Part shown: positions 52,601 through 64,000 of the stretch, piece after piece
How the letters are laid out: each line of letters opens with the position of its first letter
Position numbering within the stretch: the first letter of the stretch is position 1
From: Tubulanus polymorphus
Taxonomy: Eukaryota; Animalia; Nemertea
Assembly (NCBI RefSeq): GCF_964204645.1
Contig: NC_134036.1
Span: 5,362,600 to 5,426,599 of the forward strand
Reading direction: 5' to 3'
Length of the DNA stretch: 64,000 nt
Notes under the pieces: generated by a model
The model's database searches: none
What the model saw: only the letters and a program-made list of their open reading frames with translations
Told to the model about the DNA's origin: nothing
Translations under genes and position numbers: made by a program

Positions 52601-55600
52601 TTTCATTTGCGAATCGGACAGAATAAGTGTCAAAAATTTAACTGAGAGAGAAAGCAACTCAACCAATAAGGCGTCATCCGAAACTAATAAACAACACATT
52701 TTTAATTATAATACAGTAAATGCAACTTGTACAATGGGTTGGTTAGGTATAGCTGGGAAATGTTACCAAATACTGACAGATTGGAACAAAAACCGAAGTT
52801 TAGATATTGGGAAATCAAGAAAACTGTGTCATGGAATCCGCGGTGAAGTCGGTTTGATACAGGATCTGATGCACCTTCAAATATTGATTGGTAGATTTAA
52901 TTATCGGCACCACTATGGCGCTATTCTAACTATCGGTTTTTGGAATCAATGGTTGAAAATAAAACCATTTGTTACCAGGGATGAAATTACTTATGATCAT
53001 TCGATTGACTGGGCATTGATACCGTGGTATAATCAATCAGATACAGTGCATTCTGTTCTGTGTTCATACAATGTAACTGATGAAGAGTTAACTTCTATAA
53101 GCGGTTGTAAATCGTGGCAGTTTGAATGTAACGATCAAAGATGTATCAGCGACCATCGCGTATGTGACACCAGACACGACTGTCGACACGGTGAAGATGA
53201 ACTTAATTGTACGGATACAAATTTACACAGTCAGTTTCAATGCAATGATGGACAGATTATATCAGTTAGTGGTTTCTGTGATTTCATACAGGATTGTGTG
53301 GATGGTTCTGATGAAAACGCATGTTTTCATCCTCCGTGTTTGTCCGAACAATTTCGCTGCCAAAATGGTCAATGTATCAGTATTTCTAAGAGATGCGATG
53401 GATTCACTGATTGTAAAGACGGCTCCGATGAAATTGGATGCACTTCTCAAATGTGTCAAGGATTCCTGTGTAACAGTGGAGACTGTATCAGTTCTCAGTT
53501 GTATCAGGATGGTGTCGTAGATTGCAGTGGAAGCCTCGAAGAAGATGAATTAGTAACAGCTACTAATGTTACAGTGAATCCTACTGTTTATTGCAACAAT
53601 GAGAACCACTGTACGACTAACTTCACTAATTTCTGCATTGAATCTGATGAACAAAGATGTTCTTTCAATTCTCCTCATTGTTATTCAAGACGTCACAGAT
53701 GTATTCTAGAAAGAATGACGAATGGTTACCCAGTTTGTAGAAATCTCGAGCACGTGTTAAGATGTGAAGATTTTGAATGTCCAGCTGGTACTGTAAAATG
53801 TCCAGCATCGTACTGTATACCGATCAGACAGGTGTGCGATGGTCAGTCAGATTGTCCTAATTCAGAAGATGAACAAAACTGCGAGACGTTTTCATGTCCG
53901 GGAATGTTTAAATGTGGCCACGAAAATCGATGTATCCCACAATTTGAAGTTTGCGATGGTGTCATAACTTGTAAACATAAAACTGATGACGAGGCTTTCT
54001 GTAACGTAACCTGCCGTGAAGGTTGTGTGTGTCAAGGTTATTTGATCGATTGCCGAAATGCTGGTTTAACAAATATTACTGATCTTTTCTCGGCATCAAC
54101 TCGAGTTTTAGTTTTGTCGAATAACGAAATTACCTTAGACATGTCGACATTCCTTTCATATATCTATTTGCGCATGCTCAACATCTCTTCCAATGAATTG
54201 TCTAATATTTTACCTAAATCGTTCTCAAACCTGCATAATCTACAGACATTAGATCTTACACGCAACAACATCACATCATTATCTGCAAATACATTCATCG
54301 GGTTGTATAATTTGAAAGAGTTATTGATTACTGAAAATCCAATACGTCATTTAGAGGACGAAACCTTCCAAGATTTGAAGTCACTTAAAGTTCTCGACCT
54401 CCACGAACTTTCGTTGTTGGTGCTTGGTAGAAACATATTTCGAGGTTTATCTTCATTACAGTCGTTGAATATTAGCAGTAACAGAATCCATCATATTTCG
54501 CTTTACGCATTTTCTGGATTAACTTCACTTGAAATTCTTGATATAACCAACAACTTAAAAGTTATTTCTGTCGACAGAAATGTTTTCCACAATCTGACAG
54601 CATTGGTCTTCGTAAAGTCTGATGCTTACAAATTTTGCTGCATGGCTCCGAATGTTGACACGTGCCTTCCTGAAGCTGATCAATTTTCCTCCTGTTCTGA
54701 TCTGATGGGTAACACAGTCCTCAGAGCTATCATTTGGGTGATCGCTTCATTCAGTTTTATCGCTAACGGAATTGTCATTTCTCTTCGCATTCGAGCGATT
54801 CGATTTTCCTCCTCAAATCCTTCTTCAGACATCATCATCATTAATATCGCTGTGTGTGATTTTATGATGTCTATATATTTATTTCTGATCGCTGGGGCTG
54901 ATTATACTTATAAAGGTATCTACTTTCTCAATTCAGAATCATGGACGGACAGTGCATTTTGTCGTCTAGCTGGAGTCGTGGTCACTATTTCTTGTGAAGG
55001 TTCGTTAATGTTTTTGCTCATCATGACACGTCATAGATTCTCAATTATAGTTAATCCATTTTCTGGAAGCCCGATTACATCTCCGAGATATGTGTGCATC
55101 ATTTGTTGCACATGTTGGATCGTTTTGTGTGTTATTGCATCGCTACCTCTTACGTCTATCTCTTACTTTGGGGACAATTTCTATGGCAGAACTGGAGTTT
55201 GTTTACCAATGAATTTAATTTCAATTGACGTCAACGCCTGGCAATATTCATTCGCTATTTTTTCATTATCCAACTCATTCATACTCGCTACGATAATGGC
55301 GACTTATACGCAATTGTACCGACTCGTATCTGGAAGTAGGTCTGGCTCGGGTCGAATTGACCCTACAGAACTAGTTTTGGCACGCAGGAGTTTGGTGATA
55401 AATCTTTGCAATTTATTTTGCTGGCTGCCGTTAATTATCGTTCAGTTTTGCGTGGTATTTCGGGTAGAAATACCGAATCAGGTGGCGGCTTGGCTGGCGG
55501 TTCTTTTCTTACCGATCAACTCGTCCCTCAATCCCCTTCTTTACACAATACTGACTATCGATATGAAATCCATACGAGCAAAAACTAAACGCAGGCAACA

Positions 55601-55616
55601 ACGAACGGATAAATGA
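49619..55616 (+). CDS. GRL101-like: Copy 6: CUB/CTLD-extended GRL101-like GPCR, 3 exons, ~1938 aa
   Basis: Exons 49619-50851, 50955-52289, 52368-55616. Introns 50852-50954 and 52290-52367. All splice sites sit exactly 9588 bp from those of copy 5. The second conserved ATG is GTG here. Confidence 0.86.
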
Positions 55617-57494
55617 AATAGCACAGAGTGGTTGGTATATATCGCCAGTCAAAACCATGTTTCGATTTTATTTTCTGTCGGGGATATTTTATACTAAATC
55701 ATCATTCTATACACTATACACCCCCTTATTTTTGCGTTGTTCTCTTTTCACCGTTTTTTCGCATGCAATAAATTCGTTACATTTATTCAATTACTGGATA
55801 TCATTAACGTGTCAATATCTGCAAAGGATGTATGGAGTATTAATCGTTACACCCGGGTTACAGCTTTCAATTCGGGTCGCTGTATCTCCTATACACTCAA
55901 CACTCAATTGAAGCACTCCTGGTTGAAAGTATTTCAGTACTGACCATACCCACAGTACCGTACCCACAGTAGGGCGCTATAGCAGGTAACAAAAAATATA
56001 TGTTCATGCTTATTATGTGGGCACCTTGGTGACCTAAATAATAAATAATAAAACGCGAAATCCTACCAATTGCTATACATAGCCTGATATTCTTTTCTGC
56101 AGTGTGTTCTGATGATTATCTGAGAATTTGATGGTGAAATTTCCCGTTTGGCGAAAACATTACGGCTGATTTAATGTAGCAAGGTAGTCATTGCAATTAG
56201 AGAAATATACCAATTAATATTGATCAATACGTCTGTAGGTGCATAGTAGCTGAAATACTCAAGGTTTTGCGATAGATGGCGCATTGGTATCAAGTAGATC
56301 CTCTACGAAAATGCGAGTCACCGGTGACCGCGTACCACGTTACGAAAGGTTTGAATGCATCTTTCATCATTATCGTTGAAGATAGACTAAACACTCCGAT
56401 AAAAGTACGAAGGCATATTTTGAAAGACTGAATATATTTGATGTCATTTTCGAGAAGTGCGCTCCCGGACACTGGTTTAATCCCGATAGTTATGATCAAT
56501 CGATCCGATTCTTACGCAGGATATTTTAAATTTCTGGTTCGGTTCGAAATCCTGGCTCAGTGGATACGTCAAACCTGGTACTCGATACCACAGTTCGAAA
56601 CCCGCCTTTGTATAAAGTGCGCACAGCTATTAGTTTATATCCGAAACGTTGTTTGAATTCATGAAATAAAAGCAAATCTCAATTTGTGTTTAATGCTGTT
56701 GTATTTACTGCGTGTTTTATTGGACAGTTTTTCCCTACCAATCAGTTCTTTTTCTCTATTATCTAAAGTCATTAACGCGAATTTAGACGATTTCACTAAG
56801 TGGTGACCGTTTGATTTGATCCATCGCTGGTCACAGAGACAATTAAGACGAAACTATTATGAATACATCCAAATATGAAATTAAATGCGTAATAACAGAT
56901 TTTTACAAAATAGCTCTATCGGTTAAACTGCAGCGTCGATAATGTAATGCGTCGCGATTATCAAGGTTTAAGAGTACATTCAATATAGAAATAGTTTAAA
57001 TCTGCACAAATCAACTACTTAACCGGGTATTAATGGGGTATTAGTTGCGTTCTAAGATGAAAAGTTCTCGATCAGTAAGGCACATTGTGTGTTACGTGTA
57101 TTATGAAAGTGTTCTTTTGTCGGAATATTACGTCCACCCGTTTCTATAAGGAGACTATATGATTGCTATCTCATTGAATATGTCTCATTCTTACAAATTT
57201 TGAAATTATCAAATATGCTTTTATCTGTTAAAAAAGGGCGTCCTTACGACCGTCAGGGGCTCGTAATTTAACATGATATCGTGTGTATTGTAAGCCTTTA
57301 GGCGGGTTTTACTAAAGATGATAATATGATAAACTACTCCGAAACTCACTAAGTAACGGTTTAGGTTCCAGCAATAAAAATACATGAAGCGGGATAAGAT
57401 TTTCTAGTGAAAATTTTTGATTGATTTCAAGGAATCCTAGTGATTTTACCCGCTATTGAATGAAACACTAGACATATTTCAGACCACGACTTCA

Positions 57495-57648
57495 GGGGCC
57501 GGTTCCTTAGTTAAAATAGACCACAGACCTGTTTAAGTTAACATTAATTCTATAGTCAATCAAACGACTTTAGAATAAAATACATATTTAATTGCAAATG
57601 CTGTTAAGACAACTTTCGGACTTAAGTCTCGCCTTTAGAACCGGCGCC
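57495..57648. mobile_element. MITE-like element B, spacer 6
   Basis: GGGGCCGGTTCC...AGAACCGGCGCC; near-identical to 4841-4994. Confidence 0.5.
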
Positions 57649-60600
57649 GTGAAAATAATATCAATTCATGATCAAATGTATCAGAATTTGTATGCTCACC
57701 TTTTCGTGCGCTATCCACGCGGCACTAGTCGACTCAAGCTATCACCGCAACAAACCGCTAGATGTTCATATCGTTGTTCATATTTTCTGGCAAAAACGTT
57801 ATTTGCCTTCCTCGCATTATGCATATGAAATCCATCCTGGAAAATGACGTCTTTCTCAAATTGCTAACGAGATTTCAATTCTGAAAACGTAATAAAACAG
57901 TTCGCTTTGAGTGATACAATTTTGCTAAAGCCTACGATGCCGTGGTCTTTTTTCGAAGCGCTAGTATTTCTTAAAAGTACTGGAGACGATTTCCTTTAGC
58001 TCTAATACAGAATTGACTCTCCATATAGATTTGTTCGCCATAAGAAAATTGACTGACAGAGCTTTAGAGTGTAGACGGTTTTTTATTGTTTCGAGTCTGT
58101 TGAGTGTTGACCAATGGGAAGAGCGACTACTCATGTACAGTAGTACTACACTTCTTGCCAGCCTAATAAGGCTCGGGTGTTCCCCGAAATATTTTCCTTT
58201 ACCTTTTCCTATCCCATTAAGGCTAGCTTAAAATTTTCGCAATTTTTCAATAGCGATAATGAAGCTCAAGAAATCTCAGGATAAAAAATGAATCTACCCA
58301 TGCAGGTGCAAAAAGTGTTTAATATTGTTACCTAGAATAAATCATCTATTGATTTCAATACACTTCAGAAGCTAGCGGAGAAAAAGGAAAATCAAGTCTT
58401 TCATATCGGAAACGGAGTCGGAAGTAAAATAATAAATTCTTTTTTAGCTATTTTCTCTACTGACTCTAGAACATTAAGGAATCTTATTCCAATGCAAATA
58501 GGCTCGGCAGCTATACCTACAAATTATTAATCATATTCTATGAACTCAGTAAGCATTCCTTATATGTTACATATTTAGACATACTGTACATTTTACCATG
58601 TATTTGTAAACAGTTGTTGTTAGAAAAGGATAAATAAAGTTGTTGATGTATTTTGGTTTAAGCTTCCCAGGTGGTTTTTCAAATACTATCACCGTTGAAA
58701 CACGCATCTGACCATTATACGAATCCATTGACATGAATGGATCAATTGAACATATATGTCAGCAAGTTTCATTGAAAGTACTGTGAAATTTCTCTTCATG
58801 ACTGCATTTATTTCGTTATAACTTTTGAAACGAACTACATTGTCAGGCGGCTATATTATGCGGACGTTCCGCACTAAGGCACCTGATTTTTTACATGCTC
58901 TCAACGGGCAAAGTTTCAAATTTTAAAAAAATCTATTTGCTTTAAGATGCACTAGTTCGTATCCCGTTAGCAACAACGCTTGATTTTTCTTCCCCGAATA
59001 AAGTACGAGTCACGTTTTCCATGCACACATGCACACACTGATATGGTTTTAGTAATCTGAATAAATTAACTAAGTTGACCACTCATCAACCGAATTCTGA
59101 CACGCAAGTCCCACGCGCTGTTTCCCGCACGTTACTTAAAAAAAAATAGTTCAATCAAATGGGATTCTATTTTTCTGATTGTTTATTTCAAGGGGTTAAC
59201 GGTATTGTCCATCAAAATTTTTTTTGCAATTTGCTTAAAACGTAAATGAATCAAATTGAAATCTAGTTTTCTAATTGTTATTTCAAGGATTTTGTGGTAG
59301 CGTCCATCCAAAACATTTGCAATCTGCTAATTAAAGTCATCTTCGTTTAAAAGATGTGAATTAGACAGTTTAATGATAATGTAATGTATGCATTAACTAG
59401 ACTCGGGTTTACAAAAGAACTGCAGCGCACGAAACCAGTGAATGCATGTCATGTTGAGGGATACATGATACATAGTGATAACTGCTGTCGTGTTCAGAAA
59501 GCTAGACCGATTTTACAGTAACTGCCTCGAGGCGTTTAACACCATGCGCCTTGTTGCAATATCTATTTTGTATCTAACCCATACATTCGATTCTAGAAAA
59601 TGCTGAGATATGCAGAATATTTCAAATACGCGTGACCTATATATGTAGTTAAGCTAACCTTATCTGCGAGGTAGCCTTAAAGTTAGCGAAATATTCATAT
59701 TTGGGATATCTTAGAAAGTAAAGACACTTTCTTTTGTGTTTCAATCAACCACAAGGTAAGGCATGGAATTCTCTAGAAAATACCTAATGCAGATATTTTG
59801 ATTCGACCGAATATAATTCTTTTTCATCGCGAAATCGAAAATGTACCGTTAATTCAGTCCTTTTCAAATTATACAAATCAGGATTGGTGTACCTAGATCC
59901 AACTTGTTAAAAGAAAATTCCTACGCAATAAATGTGGAAATCAACAGACGTTCCCAACATTTCGTGAAATTTCGTCCGAATTCGTTTCGCCCACATAAAA
60001 TGTCACATGCATTAAAGATGCGCATATATTTCTGAGTCCTCTCTACGAAACTATATGGGCCTCATATTAGACATTAGTGTTCAATCATATTGCGTTTGCT
60101 TCACGTTTCATATTCTAAATATTAATCAAATCGATACCAATATGATATTAAAAAATTCAATCCCTCGCGCTATGACCGATGAGGGAAAATGTAACTCCCG
60201 AAACGTTTGCTATAGAATAAATTCATATACTCATTAGAAAATCAAGATTTGTACTGTTTTTGCTTCCATTGATTTTTGACAATTTCAACTCTCCACCCAA
60301 GATCAGAATCAACAGCGCTTTCAATGAAAATGAATTTTCGGACAACGTTGCAATATACGCAGTTATAGATTCAACATTGACTTGAATTTCATTTTTCTGA
60401 ATATTCGATCACCTTTTCCATCTGGTTTCATTCGACGATACGAATTTTGAATTATCGTCTACGATCCACATGAAGAACGAAATCAAAATCATTTATAAAT
60501 TGTATCAGAAATAAGGATATTTAGAATATTTCTGGTTGGGTAAAGTTTGGTCGTTTTGAGTGGATGGGGTTTAATGATTGTATGAATACAACATATAGTA

Positions 60601-60713
60601 ATGAGTGAATAAACCAAAACTAGAATAATTGCGAAAACCAAGAATGTCTTTATCTTGTTGTGTTTTCATGGCTTGAATTTGCAACGTACGCATTTTTACG
60701 GATTTCGACGGAG

Positions 60714-60803
60714 CGAATTTTCTGATTGGACGAGATTGGATCGTCCTCCAACCAATAAACGAATCCGTCAAACTTGACGGATTTCATTCATTCTGTCGCA
60801 GTG
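60714..60803 (+). promoter_or_regulatory. Putative core promoter of copy 7 (same three-box version as copy 2)
   Basis: ATTGG at 60725 and 60735, CCAAT at 60752. Nearly identical to 8105-8194. Confidence 0.5.
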
Positions 60804-63800
60804 ATGTTGTTCGGTATGGAGCAGCGACTGAGAGCGCTGTTTATAGCGTCGCTGGTCGTCTGTCAAGTTCGCATCGCACGCGCTGATCGCGCAGCCTCTA
60901 TCGAGGAATCGTCTGTGACGGTAAGTTCGTCTTGTAACAACACGTGGTACCCCGTAGATTCTACGTCCGGTTACATCGTTTCACCGAATTACCCTTCGTT
61001 AACGCGCGGTGTTGAATGTCGTTGGTTCGTCAACAGCTCTTTACCGGGGACTTTTCACGGCCTAGTTTACTACGATATTGAGCCGTCATTATTCTGTAGT
61101 GACAACTATCTATTTGATGATGCGGAAATCTTATGCGGTTACGGAAAATACGAAATCCTTCGTAACGATTCGATCTCGTTGATGTTTAGGACTAACGTCG
61201 ATGGTGCGCGAGGTAGTCGGGTTCATGTCATGTATCGTTACGAACGTAGCCGGTTGAAAATCAGTCACACATGCGGGAGATCGAATTTTGAAGTGATTGA
61301 ATTAAAGACATCGACCGGATACAAATTCACCATGTACTTTGAATTTCTATGCCTGTTCTTCATTGAATGGATTGGCCTCCCCAATGGATTGGCAATGAAT
61401 TTCACATTCGTAGGTTTGGACCTTAGACTATATTCTGGTCCAGGTGCCAATCCAGCCACGCTTTTTCGAATCTATGATGGCTGGAACACCAGAAGTGAAC
61501 CGATAGGGCTTATAGGTGTACAAAGCGGACAACAGCCGTCATCGTTTTATACTAAAAGTCACAAAGCCACATTTTTCGTGTCGGATCAACGCAGGACAAC
61601 GACTAAACTTCTAATTCGGACTTACAGAATATCAGATTGGAACGTCTCTAATCCGTTGATTCAGATCTCTAATAACGAGTCGGGAGTGCTCATTCCAGAT
61701 GACAACAGTTTACACGTAATAACTCGATCAAAACACTTACACTGTTGGTCTATCACGGTGCAGGTGTTACAGTACGTCGTCTTCAACTGGACACGTGATC
61801 TCAACACATCCGGTGACGTCATAGGTGTATATAAACTAGAAGGGCTACGCGTTGTAGGAACTGATATTTTACTCGGTTACAACCACCTGGAATCACTGAG
61901 TGTCAAATCTGACGGCTTTCTCGTCATGCTGTGTGTTTTAACGAGACCGAACATCACAGAATCGACTGTTAGAATAGACTTCAGAATGAAATCAATGTCG
62001 ATGTCAAAAATGCGCATCATTAGACCCAGGGTAGGTATCAAAATAATTTTGCTCGCAGATTTAAACTTCATCGACGGAACTTCGTAAATATGATTTCGAA
62101 CTGATAAAGATAATTATTTTTGTTTTTTTTACGAACCCCTAATAAACAGATAGACAAAAGACTCAAACTGTTTACGAAGTCGCTGGCATTTTGGTCGCTG
62201 CTTCCGTTTCCGACAAGGAAATTGAATTATCGTGTCAACCTGTACAGATTCAAATGGAAAGTTGAAATCTATGACGGTGATCTACAATTTCACATGCTGT
62301 CTGTAAATTGTGAAAATGCTGGGTTCTACATCTATGACGGTGGTAATTTCAAAGCTAGACGCTACGGTCCGTATTGTCCCGCTAAACCGCGTTACGGACG
62401 AAGTGTCGTCAGTCTGATAACATCAGGCGGCCCGGTCATCGTAGTAGGCTACATTTATAACAGTAGAAGCAAGGAACGGATGGCCAGCGGATCTCTAAAG
62501 TTACGTCCGACCGACTGTGACGGTTATACTCTGCGTGAAGGAGAAAACCGGGTAACAATGCCGCAGACGCCACGCTGTTTCAGGATTACACCAGAAAACC
62601 GAGCAGTTTTACTACAAAGCATTCACATATTATCACAGAGCGAATATGAGATCAGCGGATGCATGCGCGATAACACAACATCGCGCGCAACATGTAGATA
62701 TGAAATGCGTCTCAGTATTCAGCGTCTCAATAACAGTCTCGTACTGCACACTGTCGCATTTCGGAGGGCGGACTTTTTCTGGATAAGACCGTACTTCGTC
62801 GAATTGCGGCGCATTTGCCAAACATTGAGAAAACATGAAGCAATAGGTGACAGTTGGGAGCGAGCTGAAGGCGATTGCGGAATCGTGCAGTCACCAAACT
62901 ACCCGGGATCATCTAGAACGTTGTCCGTTACGTTGGAATACTGGATCAATTTCCACAATGTTATGACCCGAATTCACTTTTATCGATTCGTAATCAAAAC
63001 CATGGAAAAGGCGCCGTGCATCAAGAAATCGCGTTCCTCACTTGAGTCCGTGGCGTTCGTCCAGGAGGTAAGATACCGGAGTAGCACTGGCAAATACGAC
63101 ACTGCCAGCCACGTTGTGAAACTATGCGAAACGTTTTCTGAACCGGGAGTTACGTTTTACAGTTTTATATATGCTGGGATGCGGTTCGAGGTGAAAAACC
63201 GAGTACCCAAATTTCGCATACAATACGTTCTACATGAGCGGTTACCAATAAAACAGCTTGCAAATGACTGTAAATCAGGATTTATCAATACGGGAATTTC
63301 TTGCATAAAATACATCAGAGATGAACGTCTGAATTGGGAGAATGCTGAATTGTACTGTAGACAGAAATACGCGGGACATCTACTCAGTATCAACTCAGAA
63401 CAGGAACTAGTTGCTATTAAAACATTATTCTCTACAAGACCGCTCATCTTAGAAGTGTACTCACAGAAAGCGCTCATAATGATGATCGGGTTAAAACTGC
63501 AGGTAGAGTTCTGTATTCTAGGCCATACCTTTGTATGTTGATGAACGCGTTCGTAAATATCTGAGGGTTACTTTTTCAGCTTGCAACTGGTTACTACACG
63601 TGGACGGATGGTAAACCATTGAGCTACACAGAGTGGTATAAACCTACAAATAACGACACGATACCAGAAGTTATTCAAGGATTGATATCTCCTCTCAGAA
63701 AACAACCGATAAATGACGTCAATATGCTGTGTACGGCGATGATACTGAATAATCCACGAGGTTCGGCGAACTGGGTTCGATTCCCCTGCGAACTCGAAGA

Positions 63801-64000
63801 GAGTCACACGACTTTTATTTGCGAATTGGACAGAATAAGTGTCAGAAATTTAACTGAGAGAGAAAGCAACTCAACCAATAAGTCGTCATCCGAAACTAAT
63901 AAACAACACATTTCTAATTATAATACAGTAAATGCAACTTGTACAATGGGTTGGTTAGGTATAGCGGGGAAATGTTACCAAATACTGACAGATTGGAACA
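60804..64000 (+). CDS. GRL101-like: Copy 7, 3'-truncated by the window: CUB/CTLD-extended GRL101-like GPCR
   Basis: Exons 60804-62030, 62150-63502, 63580->64000. Introns 62031-62149 (119 bp) and 63503-63579 (77 bp). The exon 3 frame (LATGYYTWTDGKPLSYTEW...CTMGWLGIAGKCYQILTDWN) is open to the window end. Confidence 0.85.

Overview
Eukaryotic, AT-rich (roughly 35-38% GC by eye) animal genomic DNA with short GT-AG introns, most consistent with an invertebrate, probably a lophotrochozoan; the taxon cannot be fixed from sequence alone. The whole window is a head-to-tail tandem array of at least 7 paralogous + strand genes: 5 complete and 2 cut by the window edges, with a period of about 9-11.5 kb. 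The three consecutive ORFs of each unit are three exons joined by two short phase-0 introns (70-119 bp). They encode one ~1,920-1,940 aa receptor: signal peptide, ~4-5 CUB/CUB-like modules, a C-type lectin domain (CTLD, split by intron 2), a second degenerate CTLD, ~6 LDLa repeats plus a Cys-rich module, LRRNT and ~7-8 LRRs, an LGR hinge and a class A 7TM. This is a GRL101-like (type C LGR) GPCR with a large extra CUB/CTLD ectodomain. All complete copies have intact reading frames. The paralogues are mosaics in which ectodomain, LRR, 7TM and tail/3' flank types are reshuffled. Nucleotide-identical blocks alternate with hypervariable, replacement-rich segments, which suggests a recombination-diversified recognition-receptor repertoire (immune or chemosensory; inference). 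The spacers carry a conserved CCAAT promoter, three kinds of MITE-like element, a truncated CR1/L2-type LINE tail, two (TA)n tracts and a DR5/ER8 AGGTCA cluster, and they record a ~20.4 kb two-gene higher-order duplication.
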